NCBI GenBank assembly: GCA_963709555.1 | Contig: CAVPWR010000008.1 | Location: 503,573-567,572, forward strand | From: an uncultured beta proteobacterium | GTDB taxonomy: Bacteria; Pseudomonadota; Gammaproteobacteria; Burkholderiales; Rhodocyclaceae | Direction: 5' to 3' | DNA: 64,000 bases | In this document: positions 8,989-18,506 of the stretch, in pieces | Layout: each line of letters opens with the position of its first letter | Numbering within the stretch: the stretch's first letter is position 1 | Made by a program: the position numbers and the translations under genes | The notes under the pieces: model-generated | The model's input: only the letters and a program-made list of their open reading frames with translations | What the model was told of the DNA's origin: nothing | Database searches by the model: none

Positions 8989-10193
8989 CGCCTGGAGAGG
9001 GCAAGGACCGGGTCGAGCTTCGCCGCCTGCCGCGCCGGCGCCACCGAGAACAGCACGGCGGTGACGATGGCGGTGAGGGGCGCGGCGATCACCGCCCACC
9101 ACGGCGCGGTGAAGGGGATGGCCGGATAGATCTCGCCGATCAGCACCTGGCCGAGCTTGCCGGCAGCCAGGCCGACGGCGGCGCCGCCCAGCGCCAGCAG
9201 CACGGCCTCGGTGAAGAAGATGGCGCGGATCTGCGCGCCGCTGGCGCCGAGCGCCTTGAGCAGGCCGATCTCGCGCCGGCGCTGGCTGACGGCGATCAGC
9301 ATCACGTTCATGATGAGGATGCCGGCCACGGCGAGGCTGATGCCGGCGATGCCGCCGACGGCCAGCGTCAGCGCGCGCAGGATGCGGTCGAAGGTGGCGA
9401 GCACGGCGTCCTGGGTGATCACCGTGACGTCGCGTTCGCCTTCGTGGCGCTCCTTGAGGATGGTCAGCGCATCCTCCTGCGCATGGCCGATCTGCTCGCG
9501 GCTCTTGGCCTCGATCAGGATGCGGAACAGCGACTCGGTGTTGAACAGCGCCTCGGCCGAGGCGACCGGCACCATCACCACCTCGTCGCTGTTGAAACCC
9601 ATGGACGTGCCCTGCTTGGCGATGAGGCCGATGACGCGGAAGCGGCGGTCGCCGATGCGCAGCCACTCGCCGAGCGGCTGCTGCGTGCCGAACAGCTCGC
9701 GCGCCACGGTGGTGCCGATGACGCAGACCGGCTCGGCGTGGTGCGGGTCCCCCGGCGGCAGGAAGTGGCCGGCGGCCAGTTCCATGTGGCGCACTTCGAG
9801 CAGCTCGGCGGTGGAGCCGAGCACCACCGATTCCCGGCTCTTCGCCTGCCAGCGCACGTCGCCGGCGCCGACGATCAGCGGCGCGATCTTGCGCACGGCG
9901 CGGCTGCGCAGCAGGGCATAGGCGTCGTCGATGGTCAGCGCGCGCGGCGTCTTGCCGACGACGATGCCGGGCGAGACGCCGCCGGTGGCGGTGCGCCCGG
10001 GGATAACGATCAGCAGGTTGGTGCCGAGCGAGCCGAACTGGTCGAGGACATAGCGGCGGGCGCCCTCGCCGAGTGAGCTGACCACCACCACGGCGGCGAC
10101 GCCGATGCTCATGGCGAGCAGGATCAGCAGCGTGCGCGAGCGGTTGCCGCGCAGCACTTGCCAGGCGAAGTCGAGCAGATCGGAGAAGCGCAT
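8985..10193 (-). CDS. MacB/FtsX-like ABC transporter permease 1
   Basis: MRFSDLL..RSRTLLILLAMSIGVAAV; ISLAVAGILIMNVMLIAVSQRRREIGLLKALGA. Confidence 0.93.
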   Translation of the reverse strand: MRFSDLLDFAWQVLRGNRSRTLLILLAMSIGVAAVVVVSSLGEGARRYVLDQFGSLGTNLLIVIPGRTATGGVSPGIVVGKTPRALTIDDAYALLRSRAVRKIAPLIVGAGDVRWQAKSRESVVLGSTAELLEVRHMELAAGHFLPPGDPHHAEPVCVIGTTVARELFGTQQPLGEWLRIGDRRFRVIGLIAKQGTSMGFNSDEVVMVPVASAEALFNTESLFRILIEAKSREQIGHAQEDALTILKERHEGERDVTVITQDAVLATFDRILRALTLAVGGIAGISLAVAGILIMNVMLIAVSQRRREIGLLKALGASGAQIRAIFFTEAVLLALGGAAVGLAAGKLGQVLIGEIYPAIPFTAPWWAVIAAPLTAIVTAVLFSVAPARQAAKLDPVLALSRR

Positions 10194-10269
10194 GAGACGG
10201 AAGTATGCACCTCGCACGGCTTTGATGGAGGTCAAACACCACGGCCGTTCAGATGCTAGGCTTCGCCCC

Positions 10270-12687
10270 ATGGAACCGCTCCCGCCTGCACAACTCTGCC
10301 GCCGCTGTGACCCGCAGACGTTCGGCTTCGCCACGACGGACGAGGTGACCGAGACGGTCGACATCGTCGATCAGACCCGCGCCATCGATGCGGTCAAATT
10401 CGGCATCGCCATCAAGCGCCCGGGCTTCAATCTTTTCGTGCTGGGCGAGCCGGGCAGCGGCCGCCACTCCGCCGTGCGCCGCCTGCTCGAGGCCCGTGCC
10501 GCCACCGAGGCCATCCCCGGCGACCTTTGCTACGTGAACAACTTCGCCGAGCCCAACCGGCCGCGCCTGCTGCAGCTGCCGGCCGGGCGCGGCGCTCGGC
10601 TCAAGGCCGACATGCAGCAGTTCGTCTCGGAGCTGGCCAAGGCCATCACCGCGGCCTTCGAGAGCGACGAGTACCGCGCCCGCATCGAGGCCATCCAGGA
10701 GGAGTTCAAGGAGAAGGAGGAGGGCGCGCTGCGCGAGCTGGGCCAGGCCTCGAGCGAGTTCGGCATCGCCCTGCTGCGCACGCCGCACGGCTTCGTCTTC
10801 GCCCCGATCAAGGGCGAGGAGACCATGAGTTCCGAGGAATTCCAGGCGTTGCCTGACGAGGAAAAGGATCGCTACGGCAAGCTGATGGAGGAGCACGGCG
10901 AGAAGCTGCAGAAGCTGATGCACCAGTTCCCGCGCTGGCGGCGCGAGATGCAGGCGCGGTTGAAGGACGTCAGCCGCGACACCATGCGCTTCGCCGTCGG
11001 CCACCTGGTCGAGGAACTCAAGGAAAACTATGCCGACCTCGCCAACGTCGCCGAGTTCCTCGACCAGGTGCTGCAGGACGTGGTCGACAGCGCCGAGGAA
11101 CTGCGCGAGACGCCGAAGAGCGAGGGCGAAGTCAGCGGCATCCTCATCAGCGGCAGCCTGCCGCTGGCGCGCTACCAGGTCAACCTGCTGGTCGATCACG
11201 CGACGACCACGGCGGCACCTGTGGTGACCGAGGACAACCCGATCTATCCCAACCTGGTGGGCCGCGTCGATCACATCGCCCACATGGGCACGCTGGTGAC
11301 CAACTTCACCATGATCATGGCCGGCGCCCTGCACCGCGCCAACGGCGGCTACCTGGTGCTCGACGCCGACAAGCTGCTGACCCAGCCCTACGCCTGGGAG
11401 GGCCTGAAGCGGGCCTTGAAGTCGGCGCAGGTGCGCATCGAGTCGCTGGGCCAGGTCTATGGCCTGATGAGCACGCTCTCGCTCGAGCCCGAGCCGATGC
11501 CGCTGGCGGTCAAGGTGGTGCTGGTCGGAGAGCGCCTGGTCTATTACCTGCTGAAGGAATACGACCCCGAGTTCGACGAGCTGTTCAAGGTCGCGGCCGA
11601 CTTCGAGGACGAAGTTGTGCGCGACGACACCAACACGGCGCGCTATGCCCGCTTCATCGCCACCCTGGCGCATGCCGACGGACTGCGGCCGTTCGCTGCC
11701 GCCGCGGTGGCACGGGTGATCGAGCACGCATCGCGGCTGGCCGACGATGCCGAGCGCCTGTCGGCGGCGACGCGGCGCATCCGTGACCTGATGGTCGAGG
11801 CCGACCACCGCGCCGGCGAGGCCGGGCGCGCCACGGTCGAGGCCGATGACATAAAGTCGGCGCTGGCGGCACGGCGGCACCGCGCCGACCGCCTGCGCGA
11901 GGCCGGCGACGAGCAGATCCGGCGCGGCGTGCAGCTGATCGACGTCAGCGGCAGCCATGGCGGCCAGGTCAATGGCCTGGCCGTTTTCGATCTTGGTGAA
12001 TTCCGCTTCGGCCACCCCGTGCGCATCACCGCCACGGCGCGCATCGGCGAGGGCGACGTGGTGGACATCGAGCGCGAGTCGGAAATGGGCGGCGAGATCC
12101 ACACCAAGGGCGTGCTGATCCTCACCTCGTTCCTCGCCGCGCGCTATGCCCGCGCGCTGCCGCTGTCGCTTTCTGCCAGCCTGGTGTTCGAACAGTCCTA
12201 CGGCCCGGTCGAGGGCGATTCCGCGTCGCTGGCAGAACTGTGCGCGCTGCTTTCGGCGCTGTCGGGCGTGCCGATCAAACAGTCGCTGGCGGTGACCGGC
12301 TCGGTCGACCAGTTCGGCCGCGTCCAGGCCATCGGCGGCGTCAATGAAAAGATCGAGGGCTTCTTCGACATCTGCGCGGCCAAGGGCTTGAGCGGCGAGC
12401 AGGGCGTCGTCATTCCGGCGTCCAACGTCATGCACCTGATGCTGCGCGAGGACATCGTCGCCGCCTGCGCCGCGGGCCGCTTCAGCATCTGGGCGGTCGC
12501 CGACGTCGATCAGGCCATCGAGCTGCTCACCGGCGTGCCGGCGGGCGAGCCCAACGAAAAGGGCGAGGTGCCCGAGGGCAGCATGAACTACCTCGTCGCC
12601 ACCCAGCTGGCCGAGCTCTCGGCGCTGCGCCAGGCCTACGGTGCCGCCGCGCACGGCAAGCGGCGCAAGCACAAGCGCGACGAGTAG
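10270..12687 (+). CDS. Lon-like protease (AAA_32/LonC type, S16)
   Basis: GALHRANGGYL, FEQSYGPVEGDSAS (catalytic Ser), GGVNEKIEGFF (catalytic Lys); the Walker A is degenerate (GEPGSGRHS). Confidence 0.92.
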   Translation: MEPLPPAQLCRRCDPQTFGFATTDEVTETVDIVDQTRAIDAVKFGIAIKRPGFNLFVLGEPGSGRHSAVRRLLEARAATEAIPGDLCYVNNFAEPNRPRLLQLPAGRGARLKADMQQFVSELAKAITAAFESDEYRARIEAIQEEFKEKEEGALRELGQASSEFGIALLRTPHGFVFAPIKGEETMSSEEFQALPDEEKDRYGKLMEEHGEKLQKLMHQFPRWRREMQARLKDVSRDTMRFAVGHLVEELKENYADLANVAEFLDQVLQDVVDSAEELRETPKSEGEVSGILISGSLPLARYQVNLLVDHATTTAAPVVTEDNPIYPNLVGRVDHIAHMGTLVTNFTMIMAGALHRANGGYLVLDADKLLTQPYAWEGLKRALKSAQVRIESLGQVYGLMSTLSLEPEPMPLAVKVVLVGERLVYYLLKEYDPEFDELFKVAADFEDEVVRDDTNTARYARFIATLAHADGLRPFAAAAVARVIEHASRLADDAERLSAATRRIRDLMVEADHRAGEAGRATVEADDIKSALAARRHRADRLREAGDEQIRRGVQLIDVSGSHGGQVNGLAVFDLGEFRFGHPVRITATARIGEGDVVDIERESEMGGEIHTKGVLILTSFLAARYARALPLSLSASLVFEQSYGPVEGDSASLAELCALLSALSGVPIKQSLAVTGSVDQFGRVQAIGGVNEKIEGFFDICAAKGLSGEQGVVIPASNVMHLMLREDIVAACAAGRFSIWAVADVDQAIELLTGVPAGEPNEKGEVPEGSMNYLVATQLAELSALRQAYGAAAHGKRRKHKRDE

Positions 12688-12693
12688 GGAGGA

Positions 12694-14008
12694 CTATCGC
12701 CTTCCACCGGCCAGTGAACTGGCTTCCGGCATGCGGCGCAGGCGCCAGACGGCGACCGGTCCGAGCAGTCCGCCGATACCCAGTGTCGCCCAGGCTAGCC
12801 CCCAGGCCAGCTGGTCCTCGCCCGGCCATGTGCCGCGGCTCCAGTCCAGCGTCGCGCCGAAGACCCAGGGGGCGATCGCTCCCGCGCCGAAGCCCAGAAG
12901 CGAGCGCAGGGAGTAGGCGGCGCCCAGTGTGCGCGGTTCGACCAGTTCGGTCAGCGTGGTCGAATGGATCGATGAGTCGGCGACCCCGGTGACGTTGTAG
13001 AACACCGCGACGGCGAGCATCAGCCACAGCGGCAGGCCGATCATCCAGCCGAAGGCAAACGAGCAGGCGAGGCTTGCGAGCGCCATCGCCAGGGTCACGG
13101 CGGTGCGGCCCCAGCGGTCGGAGAGTGCGCCGCCCGCCACGCTGCCGACGACGGCAGCAAGGTACGTTACCGCGGCGAGCGTCGCCGCAAGGCTGGCTGC
13201 CTGCGTCCCGCTGCTGCCGGCGCTGACCGCGGCAGCAGCGAGGAAAGCCGGCAGCCAGGCCCACAGGCCCAGCAGTTCCCAGGCGTGAAAGGTGTAACCC
13301 CAGATCGACATCATCGCCGGGCGGTTGGCGATCACGTCGGCCAGGCCGCTGCGGATGCCGAGGCCGGCGGGGCCCACATGGACGACGTTGGGGACGGCGC
13401 GCAGCGTGTACCGCCGGGCACCGCGCGCAGGGTGTACCAGCCGAGCAGGAGGCCGAGCGCCGCCAGGGCCGTGGCGACGAAGGCGCCGCGCCAGCCGGCC
13501 AGCGGGATTATCACGCTCGCCGCGAGCAGACCGAGGGCATAGCCGAGCGAGGCGGCGGCGAGATAGAGCCCCATCGCCTTGCCCTGGCCGGTGCCCGCCT
13601 GGCCGCGTGCCACCTGCTGGGAGATGATGGCCAGCCCCGGCGTGTAGGACCCGCCCGAGCACAAGCCGGTGAGGCCGTAGAGGATCAGGCTGCTGAGGAA
13701 ATCCTCGGCGGCGAAGGCGAACAGCAACGCACTGGCGGCCGCGGCATAGCTGGTCACGAGGTAGGTGCGGCGTGCGCCGTAGCGATCGGTGAGGAAGCCG
13801 ACGGAGAACAGCGAGACGAGGAAGCCGACGCGGAGGCCGCTGCGCTGCTCGAAGGCCTTGACCACGTCGGCATCGGCATAGCCGGGCCAGGCCAGCATGC
13901 GCAGCACGCGGGCGTCGGGGGCAGCGCCGACGGTCGCCGGCGCGGCCCAGGCGAGCAACAGCACGAGCGCGGGCGAGCAGCAGCACGGAGAAGTTTTGCC
14001 AAGGACAT
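12694..14008 (-). pseudogene. Chimeric pseudogene: N-terminus of a PotD-like solute-binding protein fused to an N-truncated, frameshifted MFS transporter
   Basis: VLRMLAWPGYADADVVKAFEQRSGLRV runs directly into GFLVSLFSVGFLTDRYGARR; C-half has HAWELLGLWAW and GALSDRWGR; frameshifts near 13970 and 13410. Confidence 0.7.
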
Positions 14009-14045
14009 TATGCCTATTCTAACCGCAGCGGAGGAATGGCGCCGA

Positions 14046-14717
14046 TCAGCTCTCGTCCGCCACGATCTGGCCGTCGACGATGCGGATGCGCCGCCTGGCG
14101 CGGCCGCCGATTTCGCCGTCGTGGGTGACGATGACCAGGGTGCTGCCGGCGGCGTGGAGCTGCTCGAGCACGCCGATCACTTCCTGCCCGGTATGGCGGT
14201 CGAGGTTGCCGGTGGGCTCGTCGGCGAGGATCACGGCCGGGCGCATCGACATGGCGCGGGCGATGGCGACGCGCTGGCACTGGCCGCCGGAAAGCTGGTC
14301 CGGGCGGTGGTCGGCGCGATCGACCAGGCCGTATTCGCCGAGCAGGGCGTCGAGGCGGCGCCGTCGCTCGGCGGGGTCGATGCCGGCCAGCACCATCGGC
14401 AGCTCGATGTTCTGCTCGGCCGTGAGGCGCGGCACCAGGTGGAAGAACTGGAAGACGAAGCCGATCTTCTCGCGCCGTACGCGTGCCAACTCATCGTCCG
14501 AGAGGCCCGTCACGTCGCGGCCGTCGAGCTCGTAACGCCCGCCGTTGGGGCGGTCGAGCAGGCCGATGACGTTGAGCAGCGAGGACTTGCCCGAGCCCGA
14601 CGGCCCCATGATCGACAAATATTCGCCGGCCTCGATGCCAAGGCTGACACCGCGCAGGGCGTGCACTTCCTCGTCGCCGACGGGGAAGACGCGCTCGATG
14701 CCGGTAAGCCGGATCAT
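14046..14717 (-). CDS. ABC transporter ATP-binding protein (MacB/LolD type)
   Basis: GPSGSGKS, LSGGQCQRVAIARA, ILADEPTGNLD. Confidence 0.95.
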   Translation of the reverse strand: MIRLTGIERVFPVGDEEVHALRGVSLGIEAGEYLSIMGPSGSGKSSLLNVIGLLDRPNGGRYELDGRDVTGLSDDELARVRREKIGFVFQFFHLVPRLTAEQNIELPMVLAGIDPAERRRRLDALLGEYGLVDRADHRPDQLSGGQCQRVAIARAMSMRPAVILADEPTGNLDRHTGQEVIGVLEQLHAAGSTLVIVTHDGEIGGRARRRIRIVDGQIVADES

Positions 14718-15901
14718 TTGGCGGCCGTGGCCGCAGCGCCATTGCCCTTGGCCTCGGCCACGGCCTTGGCGCCGGCCTTGACGCCTTCGCGGTCGAGCGA
14801 GATGACGACCCTGTCGCTTTGCGCCAGACCGGACTTGACCTCGGTGAACTCCCAGTTGGTCAGCCCGATTTCCAGCTTGCGTTCCTCGAGCTTGCCGGCG
14901 GGGGTCAGCACCAGCACGCGGTTGTTGGGCATCAGCGCCGGGGTGGGAATGCGCACTACCTTGTCGCGGGCCTGCACCACCACCTCGATGTCGGCGCTGT
15001 AGCCGATCAGCAGGTGCTTCGCCTCGCCCGGGTCGTCGAATTCGACCTCGACCTCGACCGTGCGCGCCTGCTTCTCCAGCGCCAGCACGTAGGGCGCGAT
15101 GCGCCGCACCTGGCCGGTGAAGTGCTTGCCACGGTAGGCGTCGAGCGTGATGCGGCCCTTCATGCCGACCTTGAGCTGGGCGGCATCCACCTCGTCGATC
15201 GGTGCTGTGACGTAGATGCAGCTGTCGTCGATCAGGTCGATGGCCGGCAGCGTCGGTATGCCGGGAGGCGACGGTGTCAGATACTCGCCGATCTCGCCGT
15301 TGATCTCGGCGACGATGCCGGCGAAGGGCGCGCGCAGCACCGTGCGCTCGGTGTCGGCGCGGGAAGAGGCGATGCGCGCCTGGGCTTCGGCCACGCCGGT
15401 ACGCGTGGCTTCGCAGCCGGCCTCGCGGGCCTGGGCGTCGGCCTCGGCGCGGGTGACGGCCTGCTCGGAGACGAAGTTCTGCAGGCGCAGCTGCCGCGCC
15501 CGTTTTGCTTCGGAGCGCGCCGCAGCGGCCAGCTGGCAGGCTTCATTAACGCGCGCCCGCGCGGTGGCGAGCTGCTCGCGCGAGACGCGCTCGCGCGCGG
15601 CGAAGTCGTCGCTCCACAGGGTCAGCAGCAGGTCGCCGGCCTTGACGCGCTGGCCTTCCTTCACCGGTAGCGTCTCGATGCGGCCTGCCGCCGGCGGCGC
15701 GATCTTGGCGCGGCGGCAGGCCGCCACCGAGCCGGCGCGGGTGTTGGCGATGGTCATCTCGACGCGGCCGCTGTCGGCCGCGGCCACCAGAACCGCCACC
15801 GGCTTCTGCCGGGTGGCGTAAAGGAAGGCGGCGACCGCGGCGGCGATCACCACGGCGGCGACCAGCAAGCGCCGCCACAGGCGGCCGGAGATGGAGGGCA
15901 T
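14714..15901 (-). CDS. Efflux periplasmic adaptor (MacA/HlyD family)
   Basis: N-terminal TM, lipoyl half-motifs (VKEGQRVKAGDLL, LRAPFAGIV); ATGA overlap with the ATPase. Confidence 0.9.
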   Translation of the reverse strand: MPSISGRLWRRLLVAAVVIAAAVAAFLYATRQKPVAVLVAAADSGRVEMTIANTRAGSVAACRRAKIAPPAAGRIETLPVKEGQRVKAGDLLLTLWSDDFAARERVSREQLATARARVNEACQLAAAARSEAKRARQLRLQNFVSEQAVTRAEADAQAREAGCEATRTGVAEAQARIASSRADTERTVLRAPFAGIVAEINGEIGEYLTPSPPGIPTLPAIDLIDDSCIYVTAPIDEVDAAQLKVGMKGRITLDAYRGKHFTGQVRRIAPYVLALEKQARTVEVEVEFDDPGEAKHLLIGYSADIEVVVQARDKVVRIPTPALMPNNRVLVLTPAGKLEERKLEIGLTNWEFTEVKSGLAQSDRVVISLDREGVKAGAKAVAEAKGNGAAATAAK

Positions 15902-15909
15902 GGAGATTT

Positions 15910-16119
15910 TCAGGCGGGAATGTCGGGCTCGAGCATGCGCTCGAGGATGGCGATGCGGTCCTTGATCTGCAGCTTGCGCTTCTTCATTCGGCGCAGCATC
16001 AGTTGATCGCGGGGCGGGTTTTCGAGGAGTCGCGCGATCACCTCGTCGAGGTCGCGGTGCTCGACACGCAGTTCCTGCAGACGCACCTGCAGCAGTTCGG
16101 GCGGTTCGTTGGCTTGCAT
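15910..16119 (-). CDS. DUF465/YdcH-like small coiled-coil protein
   Basis: LRVEHRDLDEVI...RRMKKRKLQIKDRI...PDIPA; TTGCCA-18-TACCAT promoter 6 nt before the ATG. Confidence 0.88.
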   Translation of the reverse strand: MQANEPPELLQVRLQELRVEHRDLDEVIARLLENPPRDQLMLRRMKKRKLQIKDRIAILERMLEPDIPA

Positions 16120-16226
16120 GGGGCTATGGTATGCCGCCCCGCAGGGATTTGGCAAACGTCGCGGCAGCGTCCACCGCGCCGACGACGGCTAGAATGCGGC
16201 AGACAATTCAACGCAGGGGCAAACGC

Positions 16227-16586
16227 ATGGGCCATACGAAATCCTGTGAAGTCGGTCTGGCCGTCAAGACCACCGAGGACTTGATCAAGGGCCTCGACGA
16301 TCTGCGCCAAGCCTGGAAACGCGATCCATCCACCCTGCCGAAGGGCTTGTCCTGTTCCGAGTCCAAGGAGGGCCAGTTCGTCCTGGTGGCCGCGGAATCG
16401 GCCTTCGTCACGATTCCCGGCGCATGCGTCATCAAGGGCATCGGCGCGATAGAACTGCTCGGTTCGGCGCCGGCTTTCGAAGAGGGCGCCAATTCGAAAG
16501 CCCTGATCCTCAAGGCCACGGCGGAAGGCTGGAAGTTTTCCGTCAAATTCGTGCCGCCGATAATCCGCGAGAGAAATGCGAAGTGA
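16227..16586 (+). CDS. Hypothetical protein
   Basis: Normal GC3 codon bias; GCTAGAAT -10 and AGGGG RBS upstream; no recognisable domain. Confidence 0.75.
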   Translation: MGHTKSCEVGLAVKTTEDLIKGLDDLRQAWKRDPSTLPKGLSCSESKEGQFVLVAAESAFVTIPGACVIKGIGAIELLGSAPAFEEGANSKALILKATAEGWKFSVKFVPPIIRERNAK

Positions 16587-16625
16587 GTCGGCCAGCCTCC
16601 ACGTGCGCATCGCAATCTGCGCCGG

Positions 16626-16680
16626 AAAACGTGGTTTGTCCCCCGGTTCTTCCCGGTTCTTCTCCCCGCGGTTCTTCCTC
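16626..16680. repeat. AAAACGTGGTTTGTCCCC followed by three imperfect CCCGGTTCTT units
   Basis: Directly visible tandem repeats just upstream of the TA module. Confidence 0.5.
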
Positions 16681-16745
16681 GCGCGAAGTAGAATCCGGCT
16701 GCTGGTTGGGGTAAGGTTGCAGCCATGTCCCGCAAGGAGAACACC

Positions 16746-16970
16746 ATGAAGGCCGTTGATCTGATGACCGAAGCCGTGTCGCTGCCACTGGAGGAGCGCG
16801 CGCTGCTTGTCGATTCCCTGCTCCAGACGCTGAATCCGGCCGATGAGGCAAATACGGCCGCCTGGCTGGCTGTGGCGCGCCGTCGGCTCGACGACCTTGA
16901 CTCGGGCCGGGTCGAGGCGATTCCCGGTGAGGAAGTGTTCGAACGGGTGCGTCAGCGACTGGGTCGATGA
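16746..16970 (+). CDS. Addiction-module antitoxin-like protein
   Basis: LPLEERALLVDSLLQTL...W...ARRRL....G....IPGEEVF; AAGGAG RBS; ATGA overlap with the toxin. Confidence 0.85.
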   Translation: MKAVDLMTEAVSLPLEERALLVDSLLQTLNPADEANTAAWLAVARRRLDDLDSGRVEAIPGEEVFERVRQRLGR

Positions 16971-17257
16971 GCTTTCGGTTTCATCCCGAGGCGGAAGCGG
17001 AGTTCCTTGCCGCCATTGACTGGTACGAAGCGCGATCATCCGGGCTTGGTGAAGACTTTGCGGCGGAGATTCACGCGGCGATCCGACGCGCTGTGGTGCT
17101 GCCACTGGCATGGCCGCGAGTCGATGCTGAGATTCGCCGCGTGCTGGCCAGCCGTTTTCCCTACGGCGTGTTGTACGTATCGCGCGATGGATCGATAAAT
17201 ATTCTTGCGGTGATGCACCTGCGCCGCGAGCCCGATTACTGGAGGAAGCGGCTCTGA
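16967..17257 (+). CDS. RelE/ParE family toxin
   Basis: FHPEAEAEFLAAIDWYE...RFPYGVLY...ILAVMHLRREPDYW. Confidence 0.88.
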   Translation: MSFRFHPEAEAEFLAAIDWYEARSSGLGEDFAAEIHAAIRRAVVLPLAWPRVDAEIRRVLASRFPYGVLYVSRDGSINILAVMHLRREPDYWRKRL

Positions 17258-17296
17258 GAGCCGCCAACCTGCTTCATACAAAGAGCGGAAACTGTC

Positions 17297-18421
17297 ATGA
17301 CAAAATACATCGGCATCCTCACTTCCGGCGGCGACAGCCCCGGCCTCAACGCGGCGATCCGCGGCGTCGGCAAGGCGGCGCTCGGCCATCACGGCATGCA
17401 CATCATCGGCTTCCGCGATGGTTTTCGCGGCCTCATGGAAAACCGCACGGCGCCGCTTGACGGTGGCCAGCTCTCGGGCATCCTCACTTCAGGCGGCACC
17501 ATCCTCGGCACCAGCCGCGACAAGCCGCACAAGATGCCGGTGGGCGGCAAGATCCTCGACATGACCGACGCCATCGTCGGCAACTATCACGACAACCACC
17601 TCGACTGCCTGGTCTGCCTCGGCGGCGGCGGCACGGCGAAGAACGCGCTGCGCCTGAAGCAGAAGGGCCTCAACGTCATCACCCTGCCCAAGACCATCGA
17701 CAACGACGTCGCCGTGACCGACATCACCTTCGGCTTCGACACGGCGCTGGGCATCGCCACCGAGGCCATCGACCGCCTGCACAGCACGGCGCACAGCCAC
17801 CACCGCATCATCGTGGTCGAGATCATGGGCCACCGCGCCGGCTGGCTGGCGCTGGGCGCGGGCATCGCCGGCGGCGCCGACGTGATCCTGCTGCCGGAGA
17901 TTCCCTACGACGTCGAAATCGTCGCCGAGGCCATCCGCGAGCGGGCGCGCGGCGGCAAGCCGTTCTCCATCGTCGCCGTGGCCGAGGGCGCGGTCTCGAA
18001 GCAGGAGCTGGCGGCGCTGTCTCGTCCGAAGGAACCGTCCAAGAAATCGGCGAAGACGAAGGTCAACCGCAAGGCGGACGATACCGAGGCCGATGCCGCG
18101 GCCATCCTCTACGCCGACCGCACGCTGCGCCTGGCGCGCAAGCTGGAGCAGCTGACTGGGCTCGAGGCGCGTCCGACCATCCTTGGCCACCTGCAGCGCG
18201 GCGGTGCGCCCTCGGCGGCCGACCGCATCCTCGCCACGCGCCTGGGCACGGCCTGCGCCGACCTGATCGCCAAGGGGACCTTCGGCGTGATGGTGGCGGC
18301 GAAGGGCGAGGACACGCGGCCGGTGAAGCTGGAGGAAGTGGCGGGCAAGGTGAAGACGGTGCCGCCGGATCATCCGCTGATTCTGTCGGCGCGCCGCGTC
18401 GGGACGAATTTCGGCGACTAG
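17297..18421 (+). CDS. pfkA: 6-phosphofructokinase (group III type)
   Basis: [43 protein letters not shown]. Confidence 0.95.
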   Translation: MTKYIGILTSGGDSPGLNAAIRGVGKAALGHHGMHIIGFRDGFRGLMENRTAPLDGGQLSGILTSGGTILGTSRDKPHKMPVGGKILDMTDAIVGNYHDNHLDCLVCLGGGGTAKNALRLKQKGLNVITLPKTIDNDVAVTDITFGFDTALGIATEAIDRLHSTAHSHHRIIVVEIMGHRAGWLALGAGIAGGADVILLPEIPYDVEIVAEAIRERARGGKPFSIVAVAEGAVSKQELAALSRPKEPSKKSAKTKVNRKADDTEADAAAILYADRTLRLARKLEQLTGLEARPTILGHLQRGGAPSAADRILATRLGTACADLIAKGTFGVMVAAKGEDTRPVKLEEVAGKVKTVPPDHPLILSARRVGTNFGD

Positions 18422-18506
18422 CGTCGCCGAGGCCCGCCGGCAAGGCTGTCGGCGCCGTACCGCCAGCGCCGACTTTTGCCGGTGCCGGTTCCGCTAGAAT
18501 CGGCGC

